Shown: piece by piece, positions 15,703-26,049 of the stretch
How the letters are laid out: each line of letters starts with the position of its first letter
Position numbering within the stretch: position 1 is the first letter of the stretch
NCBI GenBank assembly: GCA_041742355.1
Contig: JBGSIV010000299.1
Location: 7,912-71,911, forward strand
Direction: 5' to 3'
Source of the DNA: Candidatus Zixiibacteriota bacterium
Lineage (GTDB): Bacteria; Zixibacteria; MSB-5A5; GN15; FEB-12
Length of the DNA stretch: 64,000 bases
Program-made: the position numbers and the translations under genes
The notes under the pieces: model-generated
The model's database searches: none
Told to the model about the DNA's origin: nothing
Seen by the model: the letters and a program-made list of their open reading frames with translations, nothing else

Positions 15703-18700
15703 TCAGCGTTGTAGCTTGAAGATGAAATCGAGCCCGCTCGTCTTGCTGTCCCCTTGAAGAAGCTGCAGAAAGAGATGTTTGTTCAACTCGTACTCCAGCG
15801 TGACTATGTCTGGAGTCGCCTCCTGTCCCGGCGCGCTGCCGAGCGAACGCTGGTAGCTCATGAAGAGATCGTTGGTCAGGTACTTGCCGATCGTCATCGT
15901 AGCTGAGGCCAGGCTGCCCTGTGAATTGATATCGACGACATCGAGACCAAGCTTGCTGCCGAGGGTCTGGGACAGCTGGTTGGAGAGCATATTGGCGGCA
16001 GCCCCTTTCGCCAAATCAGCCTGCGCCGCGCCGGCATCGGACTGCTGTCCCGACGTCAGCTCGTCCATGCTGCGCCCGTACATGACATAGGCGATGGCGT
16101 CTTTCTCCTCGATCGCGGCATCATCAAGCGTGAACTGGAGCACCGGCGTGAACGCCTTGCCGGAGACCTCGAGCTTGAGGGTTCGCTTCTCACGTTCCGC
16201 CGTGCGAAACACGTACTGCGCCTGCATCGAGACCTCCGGATTGTACTCCGCGCCCCCCTGGAACAGCAGATTCCCCTGCACGATCGTGAAGACCTTCCCG
16301 TAGAGATTGTACTGGCCGCGTACAATCCGGAGCGGTCCGAACAGCTCGAAATCGGGGCCGTTCTTGACCAGATCGAGATCTCCGTCGCCGATTTCAAGAT
16401 TCATATCCGGGCTGCGCAGCCAGGTATTGCGTGGTATCAGGACTTTGAAACTGCCGCGCAGGTTCTCGAACCAGTCGACCTCAGCGGTGTCAATCTCGGA
16501 CTTGTCGACCACGAGGGCATTTCCCGTGGAGTCGGCCAAAGAGTCGGCTGGCAGCGTGGCCCTGACCAGCATCGGCATCGACTGGTCGGCCATGGCCTGG
16601 GCGGCGGCGGCTTTCTCCATGAGGGCCGGGAGAAAGAAGCTCGATCGAAGAATTGTGATATTGCCCGAGTACCTCGGCTCCGCGCTGTTGCCGGTCAGAC
16701 GCGCATCGCCGGAGATGGATACCTGATAGTCTTTGTGCTTAATCACCTCAAACGAGTTCGCGAGGAAATCAAATTCGGTCGTCTTGATCACGCCGGTGAG
16801 GAGGTCCCGCTCGAACTGCAACGATCCCGAGCCGGTCAATATTCCCTTGTCCCTCACAGCCTGCAGGGTGTCCAGGGTGATGACGGCGTCGTGTACCGAG
16901 AGACCGACCAGCATGTCTGAGTACTCGATACCGTGCGCCGAAATTGAAACCGAGCCGTCGCGCAGGCCGAACTGGCCGCCCACTTTGGGAGCATCAATGG
17001 TTCCGGCGATATTGATATCGGCGGTGATCAACCCCGCGACATTGCTGAGCGGTTGGCCGGAAGCCTGAACGACCGAAAGGGGGAGGCCGGAGGTCCTGAC
17101 ATCGACTTCAAATGGCCGGTCCCGGTGAACTGCGTCCCCGGTGTTGTCGAGCGCAAGGTTGACCGGAAGGAGGCCGGTAATGGCCAGGCTGTCCGCTTGG
17201 TGCGGCACCAGCGACAGGCTCCAGGCGAGGTTCTCGGCCTCGTAGTCGAAACCGGCGTGAATGGCGCGATACGAGAACTGGTTGACCAGGCCGCTGTCGA
17301 TCGCCATCCGTCCGGAGAGAATCGGCGACGACGCCGATCCGCCGAGGTGCATACTGGCGGTCAACAGTCCGGCTACGCTGTCCGGGATATCGAAGGCCGC
17401 GACCAACGGCCTGAGGTCGAGACGATCGATAGCCAATGAGAGATCCTCGGTTCCGGTCATCGAAAACAGCCCCGCCACTGAAATGGTTTGCTGCTCTCCG
17501 GCAGCGGCGACAGGTGAACTCAGGATCAGATTCTCGATACGGTAGTCCTCGCCGATCACGGCAAGACGCGTTTCCGGACTGCCTCCGCGCCACTGCTGCG
17601 TCCCGAAGTCAAAGGCGATAGCCGGAACCACCGCGCTGATCGTGCTGTCGATAGCCACCATGCTCTCGAAGTGAGCGCTGATTCCCGGTCGGTAGAATCC
17701 ATCAAGGACAATGGCCGCCGAGGCTCCGGTGAAATCCGAAGTGGCGATAACCGAATCCAGCACGAGGCTACCGGCTATCAGGCGATATGCCGATATCCGA
17801 GCGTTGCCGCTCAGGCTGTCCCCCAGCGACAGCGCGGTCAGTTGTGCCTCCACCGTTTCGACGCCGGACGTGTTATACCACAGGTTATTCAGGGCCAGGT
17901 CACCACCAATCGACAGCGAATCAAGAGCACCATTGACAGTTCCGTCGAGCGTGCCGGCTCCCGAGAGCGTATCGATACCGGTGAGCATTTCTCGCAGGGG
18001 GGAAAGGGACTTCAAACGCACCGCATACATCAGGGCGTGGGTGCCGTCGACCTCTCCCTGGCCGACCGCGCTCAGGCTCCCCACCGCCGATGCGGTATGC
18101 AGAGTATCCAATCGATAAGAGTCGGCAGTGAAATCCAAACGCGCGAAAGCTGTGTCAACGTTCACGCCGGAAAACGTCGACGGCGAGAGATGGAGTTGCG
18201 CGTTCCCGCTCAGACGCGTCGTATCAAAGCCGCTGCCGTTCACCAGCGCGGTCAAATTCAGGTCGGAGATCATACTGTCCGTCTGAAGCAGGGGGGCCAG
18301 ATTGAGGTGCGAGAATGTCAATCCGATTTCGTAGCTCTGGGAATCGAGTATGTCGGTTACGCTGAAGACAGAATTCAGGCCGCCAAAGGCACCGGAGGCG
18401 TCAAGTGAACCAACGAGATCCCCCCCCGCGTAGCGGGCGGTGCCGGTCATCTGGCCGAGCGACCGGCCGAGAGCACCAACATCTCCAAGGGCAATATCCA
18501 TTGCGACATCTGCGTCCTCGGCAGTAAATCCACTCCCGGCCAGCGTGATCGTACCGTTCGCGCGGTAGTCGGCAGCGGTGTCTCCCAGCCAGTGGGCCAG
18601 GTCGAAGTTCGTTAGGCCGATATCGAGGTAGTACCGCACGAGATCATGCGTAGCGACGTTCATTGCTTTGCTGACATTGGCGACACTGAGGCCGAGGTCT

Positions 18701-19602
18701 ATTCGCTGCGGGGGTTCGATGATACCGAGCGTCGCCTCAAGGGAGTCCCGCTCCAGCCGTGCCTCGATTTCAAAGAGGGGGCTGCCGTGGATGCTCAGGG
18801 CCGGCACAAAGGCGGCCAATTCGGTGAAGTCGAAAGGCTCGCTGGCCAATTGGCCCGAGGATGTCGCGCTGTCGGTGGCGACATAAGTTCCCTCGCCGCC
18901 GAGCTTGTTGCGGGCGGTTCGAATCACGAGATTTCCGAGCGTGATCCGGTTGCCCCGTCGCGATGCATCGACCGACAACTGCTCCAGGCGGAACGGGGGC
19001 TTCTCCATAGCGAAGGACAGCCCCTTCAGGGCAAACTGCTGAGCGGTGTCGGAGTACTGCAGTGCAAAACGCACACCGATTTCCTCTATGGCCGGCGGCA
19101 GGGCCGTATCGAGCGCCGTCAGTGCAATGGAACCGTCGCGGAGGATGAAGTCATTCAGCAGAATGAGCAAACCGGATGTGTCCGTTTCTTCGGGCGTATC
19201 CGGCTGAACCACCGTGTCGGTCCGGATCAGGTTGGCGAAATTCCAACTGCTGTCCCCCGTCTGGATCAATTTGGCGTACGGTGCATCGATCGTGATCGAG
19301 TCGATCAGGAGTTCCCAGTGGAGTAACCGCGACGGCGTCAGGTCCACTCTGACACGCGGCACGAACATCACGGTGTCGTCGTGGGCGGTGATCAGCATGT
19401 CGAGCACCTGAAGGTGGGTGAAGAAGTTCCCCTCGATAGCTTCAATGCTCAACCGGCCATTCAGGTGCTCGTTTCCGGCCGCGATAATCCGGTTTTTCAG
19501 CCAGTCGCGAAAGAACGCCGTCTGAGTCAGCCCCAGGAGCAGGCCCATCATCAGGACGAAGGCTCCGAACACTACTGCTATGCGTTTTAACCAGCGTTTC
19601 AT
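15703..19602 (-). CDS. tamB: Translocation and assembly module protein TamB (AsmA-like, DUF490 C-terminus)
   Basis: 1299 aa with an N-terminal anchor (IAVVFGAFVLMMGLLLGL) and a long beta-rich body. The C-terminus, TIGKYLTNDLFMSYQRSLG...TLEYELNKHLFLQL, is typical of TamB. It sits directly downstream of tamA. Confidence 0.85.
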   Translation of the reverse strand: MKRWLKRIAVVFGAFVLMMGLLLGLTQTAFFRDWLKNRIIAAGNEHLNGRLSIEAIEGNFFTHLQVLDMLITAHDDTVMFVPRVRVDLTPSRLLHWELLIDSITIDAPYAKLIQTGDSSWNFANLIRTDTVVQPDTPEETDTSGLLILLNDFILRDGSIALTALDTALPPAIEEIGVRFALQYSDTAQQFALKGLSFAMEKPPFRLEQLSVDASRRGNRITLGNLVIRTARNKLGGEGTYVATDSATSSGQLASEPFDFTELAAFVPALSIHGSPLFEIEARLERDSLEATLGIIEPPQRIDLGLSVANVSKAMNVATHDLVRYYLDIGLTNFDLAHWLGDTAADYRANGTITLAGSGFTAEDADVAMDIALGDVGALGRSLGQMTGTARYAGGDLVGSLDASGAFGGLNSVFSVTDILDSQSYEIGLTFSHLNLAPLLQTDSMISDLNLTALVNGSGFDTTRLSGNAQLHLSPSTFSGVNVDTAFARLDFTADSYRLDTLHTASAVGSLSAVGQGEVDGTHALMYAVRLKSLSPLREMLTGIDTLSGAGTLDGTVNGALDSLSIGGDLALNNLWYNTSGVETVEAQLTALSLGDSLSGNARISAYRLIAGSLVLDSVIATSDFTGASAAIVLDGFYRPGISAHFESMVAIDSTISAVVPAIAFDFGTQQWRGGSPETRLAVIGEDYRIENLILSSPVAAAGEQQTISVAGLFSMTGTEDLSLAIDRLDLRPLVAAFDIPDSVAGLLTASMHLGGSASSPILSGRMAIDSGLVNQFSYRAIHAGFDYEAENLAWSLSLVPHQADSLAITGLLPVNLALDNTGDAVHRDRPFEVDVRTSGLPLSVVQASGQPLSNVAGLITADINIAGTIDAPKVGGQFGLRDGSVSISAHGIEYSDMLVGLSVHDAVITLDTLQAVRDKGILTGSGSLQFERDLLTGVIKTTEFDFLANSFEVIKHKDYQVSISGDARLTGNSAEPRYSGNITILRSSFFLPALMEKAAAAQAMADQSMPMLVRATLPADSLADSTGNALVVDKSEIDTAEVDWFENLRGSFKVLIPRNTWLRSPDMNLEIGDGDLDLVKNGPDFELFGPLRIVRGQYNLYGKVFTIVQGNLLFQGGAEYNPEVSMQAQYVFRTAEREKRTLKLEVSGKAFTPVLQFTLDDAAIEEKDAIAYVMYGRSMDELTSGQQSDAGAAQADLAKGAAANMLSNQLSQTLGSKLGLDVVDINSQGSLASATMTIGKYLTNDLFMSYQRSLGSAPGQEATPDIVTLEYELNKHLFLQLLQGDSKTSGLDFIFKLQR

Positions 19603-19630
19603 CTAGGTCTGCACTTCTCATCAGCTATCA

Positions 19631-21481
19631 CTAGAAGGCCTGCCCGATACTGATGTGAAACTGGGTCCCGTCATCGTCGTCGGCCACCGGCCGGGCAACA
19701 TCGAGCCGGACCGGGCCGATAGGCGTGGCGACTCTGATCCCGGCGCCGACAGAATAGCGAAGATCCGCCGGGTCGTAGGAGAATGATTCGGTCCAGACGT
19801 TTCCCAAATCACTGAATACGACGCCGGACAACATGCCGATAATCGGGTACCGCAGTTCGATACTGGCCTCCATGAGCGACTGCCCCCCGATCGGCTCGCT
19901 ATCTTTCTTCGGCCCCAGGTCCGAGCGTGCCCATCCGCGCACCGATGAACTGCCGCCGGAGTAGAAGAGCTCTTCCACCGGCACGAAACTCTCGGCGCCG
20001 AAAGTCTCTATGCCGCCCAGTTTGATTCGCGTTGCGAGAACGAGCACCGAGAGCGAGCTGTACCGGCGGAGGTCGATCAGCAGTTTCATGAAGCGCGTAT
20101 CCCCGCCGAAACCGAGGCCGCTGAAGGCGATCGTATTGGCATTGAAGAAGCCGCGGCGCGGATTGAACAGGGGGCCGGAATTGTCAAAGGAACTGCCCAG
20201 GATCAATTGTGATTTGTTGTACAGCCCCGGAAGAGCAGTGCTGTCGGTCGACTCCGAAAGGACCGACTCCGAGACATCGACCTGTTCCAGCGCGTAGGTG
20301 ATCGAGCCGTTCAGCGACGAACTGAACTGATGGGCGGCCCCGAGTGTTGCGCCCGTTCGATTGATGGTGTAGGCCGGTTCGCGCTGCCGCCTCGCAAAGG
20401 GGCCGAAACTCAGGGTCGTGCGGGGCGTTGGGAAGGCCGGCTGTGTCAGGGTCAGCGCGACGTGGTACGGCTCCAGATATGAGTGTTTCATGAAGAGCTG
20501 CAAGCGGCGGGCGCCCCCGAGAAATCCGAGCAGCCGTGTCTCCGATGACACCCGGATGTGATCTTCGGTGCCGTATCCGACTCCGAACTTGGTTGTGAAC
20601 CGTTTGGCGTCCTTGACAAACGCCTCAACCGGAATCACGTTGCCGCTGTCTTTGGCGAGAACGGGAGTAGCTGTGGCCACCTGGAATACTCCGAGTCCAT
20701 ACACCTGCTGTTGTGTCTGTTCTACCGAGCGCAGGCGAAATACGTCGCCCGGATGGAAGGCAACCTGCCGGGTGATTACAGGCTCCGAGACTTTGCTGAC
20801 CCCCAGGATTCGCACGTCGCCGAAGAAGCACTCCGGGCCGCTGTCGATCCGCCAGTCAATCGCCACGGACAGATCTTCAGCAGAGACCGCCAGCTCCGGC
20901 TCGATTTCCGCATACGGGTATCCCGCGTTGCCGAGCGCCCGGGCGAGCAGCAGCTGGTCGAGCATAACCGAGGAGTCGCGGAATCTGGTCTCCGGGCGAA
21001 GAGCCACTTCGCGCGCAATTCGCTTGAGAATCTCCTGGAAGACGATATCAGGAACGGAACTGGATTCGGAGCGGGTGTAGGCGACCCGATGCACGGTGAT
21101 AGGCTCACCTTCGGTAATGGTGATGGTCAGTTTGACCGTCTTCTCTTGCGGGTCGGTCTCCTCTCGCACCGGTGCGACAGCGACGTACAGGAAGCCTTCG
21201 CGCTGGTAAAACGCCTTGATGCGATCGAGATCCTGCGCCAAAACCTCTCTGGAGTATTCCGGCCCCTTCTTACCGAGCAGTTTCGACAGCCCTCCGACAG
21301 ATTCTGTCTCCATCAGCAGCGTAAGCGAATTGGCCGGGATAGATTCGTTTCCTTCAAACGCGATCTTCTGAACGGCAAATCCATCCTGGGCTTGAAGCGG
21401 CGGCGCGATCACCAGCACAACGGCCAGGCTGGGGACGAGAAGGATGAGGGGAAGAAGTCCCGCGATTATAGAACGACTCAC
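19631..21481 (-). CDS. tamA: Omp85-family outer-membrane protein TamA (POTRA domains plus beta-barrel)
   Basis: Signal peptide and POTRA-like repeats (KIAFEGNESI.., ITITEGEPITV). The barrel ends with a terminal aromatic residue (..FHISIGQAF). GTG start. It lies 28 nt upstream of tamB. Confidence 0.85.
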   Translation of the reverse strand: MSRSIIAGLLPLILLVPSLAVVLVIAPPLQAQDGFAVQKIAFEGNESIPANSLTLLMETESVGGLSKLLGKKGPEYSREVLAQDLDRIKAFYQREGFLYVAVAPVREETDPQEKTVKLTITITEGEPITVHRVAYTRSESSSVPDIVFQEILKRIAREVALRPETRFRDSSVMLDQLLLARALGNAGYPYAEIEPELAVSAEDLSVAIDWRIDSGPECFFGDVRILGVSKVSEPVITRQVAFHPGDVFRLRSVEQTQQQVYGLGVFQVATATPVLAKDSGNVIPVEAFVKDAKRFTTKFGVGYGTEDHIRVSSETRLLGFLGGARRLQLFMKHSYLEPYHVALTLTQPAFPTPRTTLSFGPFARRQREPAYTINRTGATLGAAHQFSSSLNGSITYALEQVDVSESVLSESTDSTALPGLYNKSQLILGSSFDNSGPLFNPRRGFFNANTIAFSGLGFGGDTRFMKLLIDLRRYSSLSVLVLATRIKLGGIETFGAESFVPVEELFYSGGSSSVRGWARSDLGPKKDSEPIGGQSLMEASIELRYPIIGMLSGVVFSDLGNVWTESFSYDPADLRYSVGAGIRVATPIGPVRLDVARPVADDDDGTQFHISIGQAF

Positions 21482-21901
21482 AATGCACCAAATCTGTTTG
21501 TCGAGCTACGGTAAGTTGAAGAGTTCACACAGGAAAAGGTATCTGCGTAACCGCATAGATGTCAAGCGAAAGCGGGCGATGCGCAAAGAACGCACCCCCC
21601 TGAACCCCGCCTGCCGTTGTGTGTCAATTCGGTATCTGGGCGCCTCGCCAGAACGGGATGGCCTTGGTGGCGAAGGTTGGTCTGGTGATTCGGTAAGAGC
21701 GGATGGGCTGCAACTGGTGGCTGCCATCACTTGGGTTCGCGGCGTCAGGGAACGGCCGTTTGGCGGCCCGGCGGCAAATTAACCGGCCGACCAAGCAGAA
21801 ACGCTTTGCACAGCAGGCCGAACCACATTAACTTAGGCCACAATATGGAGTGAATGCACCTCGCTCGACCGAGACCGACCAACTCGCAAGGAGATCAGCT
21901 T

Positions 21902-23857
21902 ATGGCGATGGATCAGCAGACAGAGCACGCATCTGAGCGTGACAAGACCCCGGTAACGCACGATGCCTACGACAACTACGAGTTGCCTGTCGAAGGATTC
22001 AAGGGGACCGCGGAGGAGATCGAGCGCCAGTGGTACGAGAAGTGCTACCGCGGGCGCGGCGATACCATTAAACAGCTCACCTGGCGTGCTGTCATCATGG
22101 GATCGGTGTTGGGGGGAGTTTTGTCGCTGACCAACATCTACATCGGGCTCAAGGCCGGATGGGGGTTCGGTGTGGCCATCACCGCCTGCATTTTGTCGTA
22201 CGCGATCTGGACCCTCCTCTTCAAGATGAGGCTCGCTCACACCCAGATGACCATTCTGGAGAACAACTGCATGCAGTCTACCGCCAGTGCCGCGGGCTAC
22301 TCGACCGGCGGTACTCTGGTTTCGGCTTTCGCCGCCTACATCCTGCTGAACAATCAAACGCTCCCGATCCCGCTCATGCTGGCCTGGGTTTTCTTCATTG
22401 CCATTCTGGGCGTGACCATGGCCGTCCCTATGAAGCGGCAGATGATAAATGTCGAGCAGCTCCGCTTTCCCAGCGGGATCGCCGCAGCGGAAACGCTTCG
22501 GGCGTTGCATGCCACGGGGCAAAAGGGAATGCGCGCTGCGCGTGCCCTCGGGATCTCCGGCCTCCTGGCCATGGTAAGCGCCTTTCTAACCGATGGACTC
22601 AGGCTTGTAAGCACTCGCCTTGAGTCTCTCCAACTCTCATCTCTGGTGGCCCGCTTCAGCTCGGCGACCCTTGGCGAGACCTGGATCGGCCGGACTGTTA
22701 CCTTCGCCTGGGATCCGATCTTCATCGCGGCCGGCATGTTCGTCGGTATGCGAGTGGCGATCAGTATGCTCGTCGGTTCGATTACCTGCTGGATGATTTT
22801 CGTGCCCTGGCTTCAGGCCAATGTCCCTGAGGCTGCCGGAGTGACCGGTTTCCGGTCCCTGGTTCAGTGGTCGCTCTGGGCCGGCACTGCCTGCATGGTC
22901 ACATCCGGGATCCTCGCGGTGGGTTTTGAGTGGCGCAGCGCCCTTCGTGCATTCCGCGGTCTCGGAGATATGTTTACGAAGCGCGGCGGCAAGAAACTGG
23001 ATGAGCTCACTGCGATCGAGACGCCTGGCTCGTGGTTTGTCATCGGACAGGTGGTTGCGCTGATCGCCCTGGCAATCCTCTCGCATGTCACCTTTGCCAT
23101 GCCCTACTGGCAGAGCTTCGTCGCCGTACTCCTCAGTTTCGCGCTCGCTCTGGTCGCCTGCCGGGTCACGGGTGAAACCGACACCACCCCGGTCGGGGCC
23201 ATGGGTAAGATTACCCAGTTGACCTTTGGGGCTCTCTCGCCCGGCAACATGAATGTCAACCTGATGGCGGCCAACATCACCGCCGGCGCAGCTACCTCCT
23301 CGGCCGACTTGCTTACCGACCTCAAGAGCGGATACCTGCTGGGTGCCCACCCCCGCAAGCAGTTCATCGCTCAGTTCGCCGGGATCTTCGCCGGAACCCT
23401 GGTCACTGTGGCGGCCTTCAGCATCCTGGTTCCGAATGCCAGCGTGCTTGGCACGGATCAGTTCCCGGCTCCGGCCGCGCAGACTTGGAAGGGCGTCGCT
23501 GAGGCCATGGCGCAGGGCCTCAGCACCATGCACCCGGTCAAGATCTGGTGCATCGTAATCGGCGGTCTCGTCGGGCTCATCCTCCCGATTCTTTCCCGTC
23601 TCTTCCCCAAACAGAACAAGTGGATTCCGTCGGCGGCTGGTATCGGTCTGGCCTGGGTTTTCCAGTGGTTCTACGGCTTCCTGTTTTTCCTCGGCGCCGT
23701 GATTGGCTGGGTCTGGCAGAAGAAGAACCCGAAGCAGAGTGAGGAGTATCTGTTCCCGGTAGCGTCCGGTATCGTTGCCGGCGGCGCACTCATGGGAGTC
23801 GTGCTGGTCTTCTGGGAGAGCGGCTGGGAGATCATTCGTCAGTTCCTCGGTCTGTAG
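21902..23857 (+). CDS. OPT-family oligopeptide transporter
   Basis: The signature LTWRAVIMGSVLGGVLSLTNIYIGLKAGWGFG and about 16 TM helices. I prefer ATG 21902 (AAGGAG 8 nt upstream) to ATG 21854. Confidence 0.85.
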   Translation: MAMDQQTEHASERDKTPVTHDAYDNYELPVEGFKGTAEEIERQWYEKCYRGRGDTIKQLTWRAVIMGSVLGGVLSLTNIYIGLKAGWGFGVAITACILSYAIWTLLFKMRLAHTQMTILENNCMQSTASAAGYSTGGTLVSAFAAYILLNNQTLPIPLMLAWVFFIAILGVTMAVPMKRQMINVEQLRFPSGIAAAETLRALHATGQKGMRAARALGISGLLAMVSAFLTDGLRLVSTRLESLQLSSLVARFSSATLGETWIGRTVTFAWDPIFIAAGMFVGMRVAISMLVGSITCWMIFVPWLQANVPEAAGVTGFRSLVQWSLWAGTACMVTSGILAVGFEWRSALRAFRGLGDMFTKRGGKKLDELTAIETPGSWFVIGQVVALIALAILSHVTFAMPYWQSFVAVLLSFALALVACRVTGETDTTPVGAMGKITQLTFGALSPGNMNVNLMAANITAGAATSSADLLTDLKSGYLLGAHPRKQFIAQFAGIFAGTLVTVAAFSILVPNASVLGTDQFPAPAAQTWKGVAEAMAQGLSTMHPVKIWCIVIGGLVGLILPILSRLFPKQNKWIPSAAGIGLAWVFQWFYGFLFFLGAVIGWVWQKKNPKQSEEYLFPVASGIVAGGALMGVVLVFWESGWEIIRQFLGL

Positions 23858-23901
23858 ATTTCGTCCCCGCCGCGCAATGCGCGATGGAGGCAGAGTACCT
23901 A

Positions 23902-23938
23902 AAGAGGGCAGGTCAGCCGACCTGCCCTCTTCTTTTTG
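23902..23938 (+). terminator. Rho-independent terminator
   Basis: Perfect 13-bp stem AAGAGGGCAGGTC / GACCTGCCCTCTT with loop AGCC, followed by CTTTTT. Confidence 0.8.
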
Positions 23939-24052
23939 GGCAATCGGGCTGTTGAAACGGGTCGATTTCCCTACCCGGGACTGTCCGTGCGGTCCTGAAT
24001 CATGGCTGCGGGGAATAGCTGGGGGAGGGGATGCGGTACGGAGTGGACTGCC

Positions 24053-25660
24053 TTAGACCGACGGGAATGATATCTGGATCCGGGTGTACGAGCCCGGTTC
24101 GGTGTCGACGTTGATAGTGGCGTGATGACCGGCAATGATACGGGCGCAAGTGACCAGACCGAATCCATGGCCATCGCGCTTGGTGGTGAACCGCTGCAGG
24201 AAGAGCTTCTCGCGAACTTCGGGCGGCATGCCGCAGCCGTTGTCGGCCACCAGCAGTATCACGCGGTCCCGGTCGACAGTGGTGCGAACCGTGATCTCCC
24301 CTTCGCTGCGACCCGCTTCACGAATAGCGTCGGCTGAATTATTGATGAGGTTCATCAGCACCTGGGTGATGCGGTCGGTATCGACCTCAACCGCCGGAAG
24401 GTTGGGATCGAAATCACTGATCACCCTGATTGCCTTGAAACGGCTCTGAATCCGGAGAAAGGTGATTACGTTCGAGGCCAGGTCATTCAATGAAGCGAGC
24501 TGTGTCTGCAACTGCCCCTTCCGGTTGTCCATGAGTTCGGTTGTGAACCGATCAAGGTGACGGACATTTTCGAGGACTCGGCCCAGGTAGCTCTCCGCTT
24601 TTGCTCTATCACCGCGCTTGATTGCGATCTGGGTCAGTTCCACTCCCCCGTGCAGCACCGCCAGAATGTTGCGGATCTCATGCGCTATGGAAGACACCAT
24701 GGCGCCCCGTTCCGCTAGTTTCTCCAGTTCCAGAAGTTGAGACTCAGTCTCCCGCGCATGCGAGACATCGTCGAGCAGGAGGACCTTGTCGCAGTGAGAG
24801 GCGGCGCCACCGTAAATCCGCGCTAGTGACAGGCTGTACACCCGCCCCGATTGGCTGTCAAGCACGGTGCACGGCTCGGGCTGGCCGGCCGATTCCTCCG
24901 TGAGGAAGCGACGAACCGCCCGCGGCAGTTCTATGGTGGTCAGGATTTCGGTCAAGGGTGGCGTGGTGTCGCCGAGATCCACTTCGCCGCCGGTCATGTC
25001 CAGGACCAGCGTGCGTGCCGTCTGATTGAGCATGCGCGGTTTTCCCGTGGCGCTGCACACGAACATGGCCTGCGGTACGTCGTCGAGCAGCGACGCATAC
25101 CACTGTTTGGTAGCCGAGAGATCGGACAGCAGGTATGAGTTGGTCAGCAGAGGGGTGACGGACGCCACGACCGCTTTGAGCCGGGTCACGTCATCCTCAT
25201 CGAGCGTCTGGCCATCGTGCTTACGGCCCACTCCGATGAAACCGAAAAGAGTCTGCTTGTGCACGAGCGGAACGACGGCACTCAGGCCGTACCTCTGGAG
25301 GAGGCAGATACTTTCGGGTGCTCGATCCGACCAATCATCAGTGCAGTGGCCCAGGCAGGGCGAGGATTCATGCTCCAGGCACCTCCAGCATCGGACGGAG
25401 CCGGTATCGGGCAACTCCCGCTCCCGGTTCGCCAGGGGACCAACAGCGTATACGGTGGGATGGACGGACGGGATGCCCAATCTGCGAATAATCGCCATGA
25501 CGCCGGGAACTGCAACCTGCCCCGACAGTGTCAGGAGCAGGGAGTGCATCAGCTGCCCGAAATCGGAGTCAGCCGCAAACTGGGCCGCGAGCTGATGCAG
25601 CGCGCCAAGCGCCAGTGCGTCGCGTTCCATAGCCGCAGTGGGTTCAGTCGTCGGTAGCAC
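24053..25660 (-). CDS. Soluble sensor histidine kinase (GAF/PAS-like N-terminal region, HisKA, HATPase)
   Basis: H-box SSIAHEIRNILAVL, N-box LMNLINNSADA, G-boxes DNGCGMP and GHGFGL. No TM segment and no adjacent response regulator. ATG 25630 is an alternative start. Confidence 0.85.
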   Translation of the reverse strand: MLPTTEPTAAMERDALALGALHQLAAQFAADSDFGQLMHSLLLTLSGQVAVPGVMAIIRRLGIPSVHPTVYAVGPLANRERELPDTGSVRCWRCLEHESSPCLGHCTDDWSDRAPESICLLQRYGLSAVVPLVHKQTLFGFIGVGRKHDGQTLDEDDVTRLKAVVASVTPLLTNSYLLSDLSATKQWYASLLDDVPQAMFVCSATGKPRMLNQTARTLVLDMTGGEVDLGDTTPPLTEILTTIELPRAVRRFLTEESAGQPEPCTVLDSQSGRVYSLSLARIYGGAASHCDKVLLLDDVSHARETESQLLELEKLAERGAMVSSIAHEIRNILAVLHGGVELTQIAIKRGDRAKAESYLGRVLENVRHLDRFTTELMDNRKGQLQTQLASLNDLASNVITFLRIQSRFKAIRVISDFDPNLPAVEVDTDRITQVLMNLINNSADAIREAGRSEGEITVRTTVDRDRVILLVADNGCGMPPEVREKLFLQRFTTKRDGHGFGLVTCARIIAGHHATINVDTEPGSYTRIQISFPSV

Positions 25661-25685
25661 TATCGCATTCCTCGGCCGGCCGGTG

Positions 25686-26033
25686 TCATGACTGCGGAAC
25701 CGCTTCCGTCAGCGTCACCGCCTCTTCGAGCGATTGCCTGACCGTGAAGTAGGTATCCAGGTCCAGTACTTTCAGGACGTGCAGAACCGTCGGGGACACC
25801 TGACACAGGATCAGGTCGCCGCCCTGATCCCTGAAGGTGTTTACCGTTCCCAGCAGCGCGCCCACCCCGGCCGAAGAAATGAACTCGAGCCGGGCCATAT
25901 CGATGATGACGAAGCGAACTCCGCCCGCCCTTGCCGAGACGAGCGACTCCACCATGCTCGATGCATTGTAGTTGTCCAGCATTACTCCCGGTGAGATCAC
26001 CAGTACCTGGCTGGACAACAATCTCTTATCCAT
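25686..26033 (-). CDS. STAS-domain anti-sigma-factor antagonist (SpoIIAA/RsbV-like)
   Basis: 115 aa. FVIIDMARLEFISSAGVGALLG holds the phosphorylatable Ser context, and VLKVLDLDTYF is the conserved C-terminal motif. Confidence 0.85.
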   Translation of the reverse strand: MDKRLLSSQVLVISPGVMLDNYNASSMVESLVSARAGGVRFVIIDMARLEFISSAGVGALLGTVNTFRDQGGDLILCQVSPTVLHVLKVLDLDTYFTVRQSLEEAVTLTEAVPQS

Positions 26034-26049
26034 AGCCGATCCTTTCGAA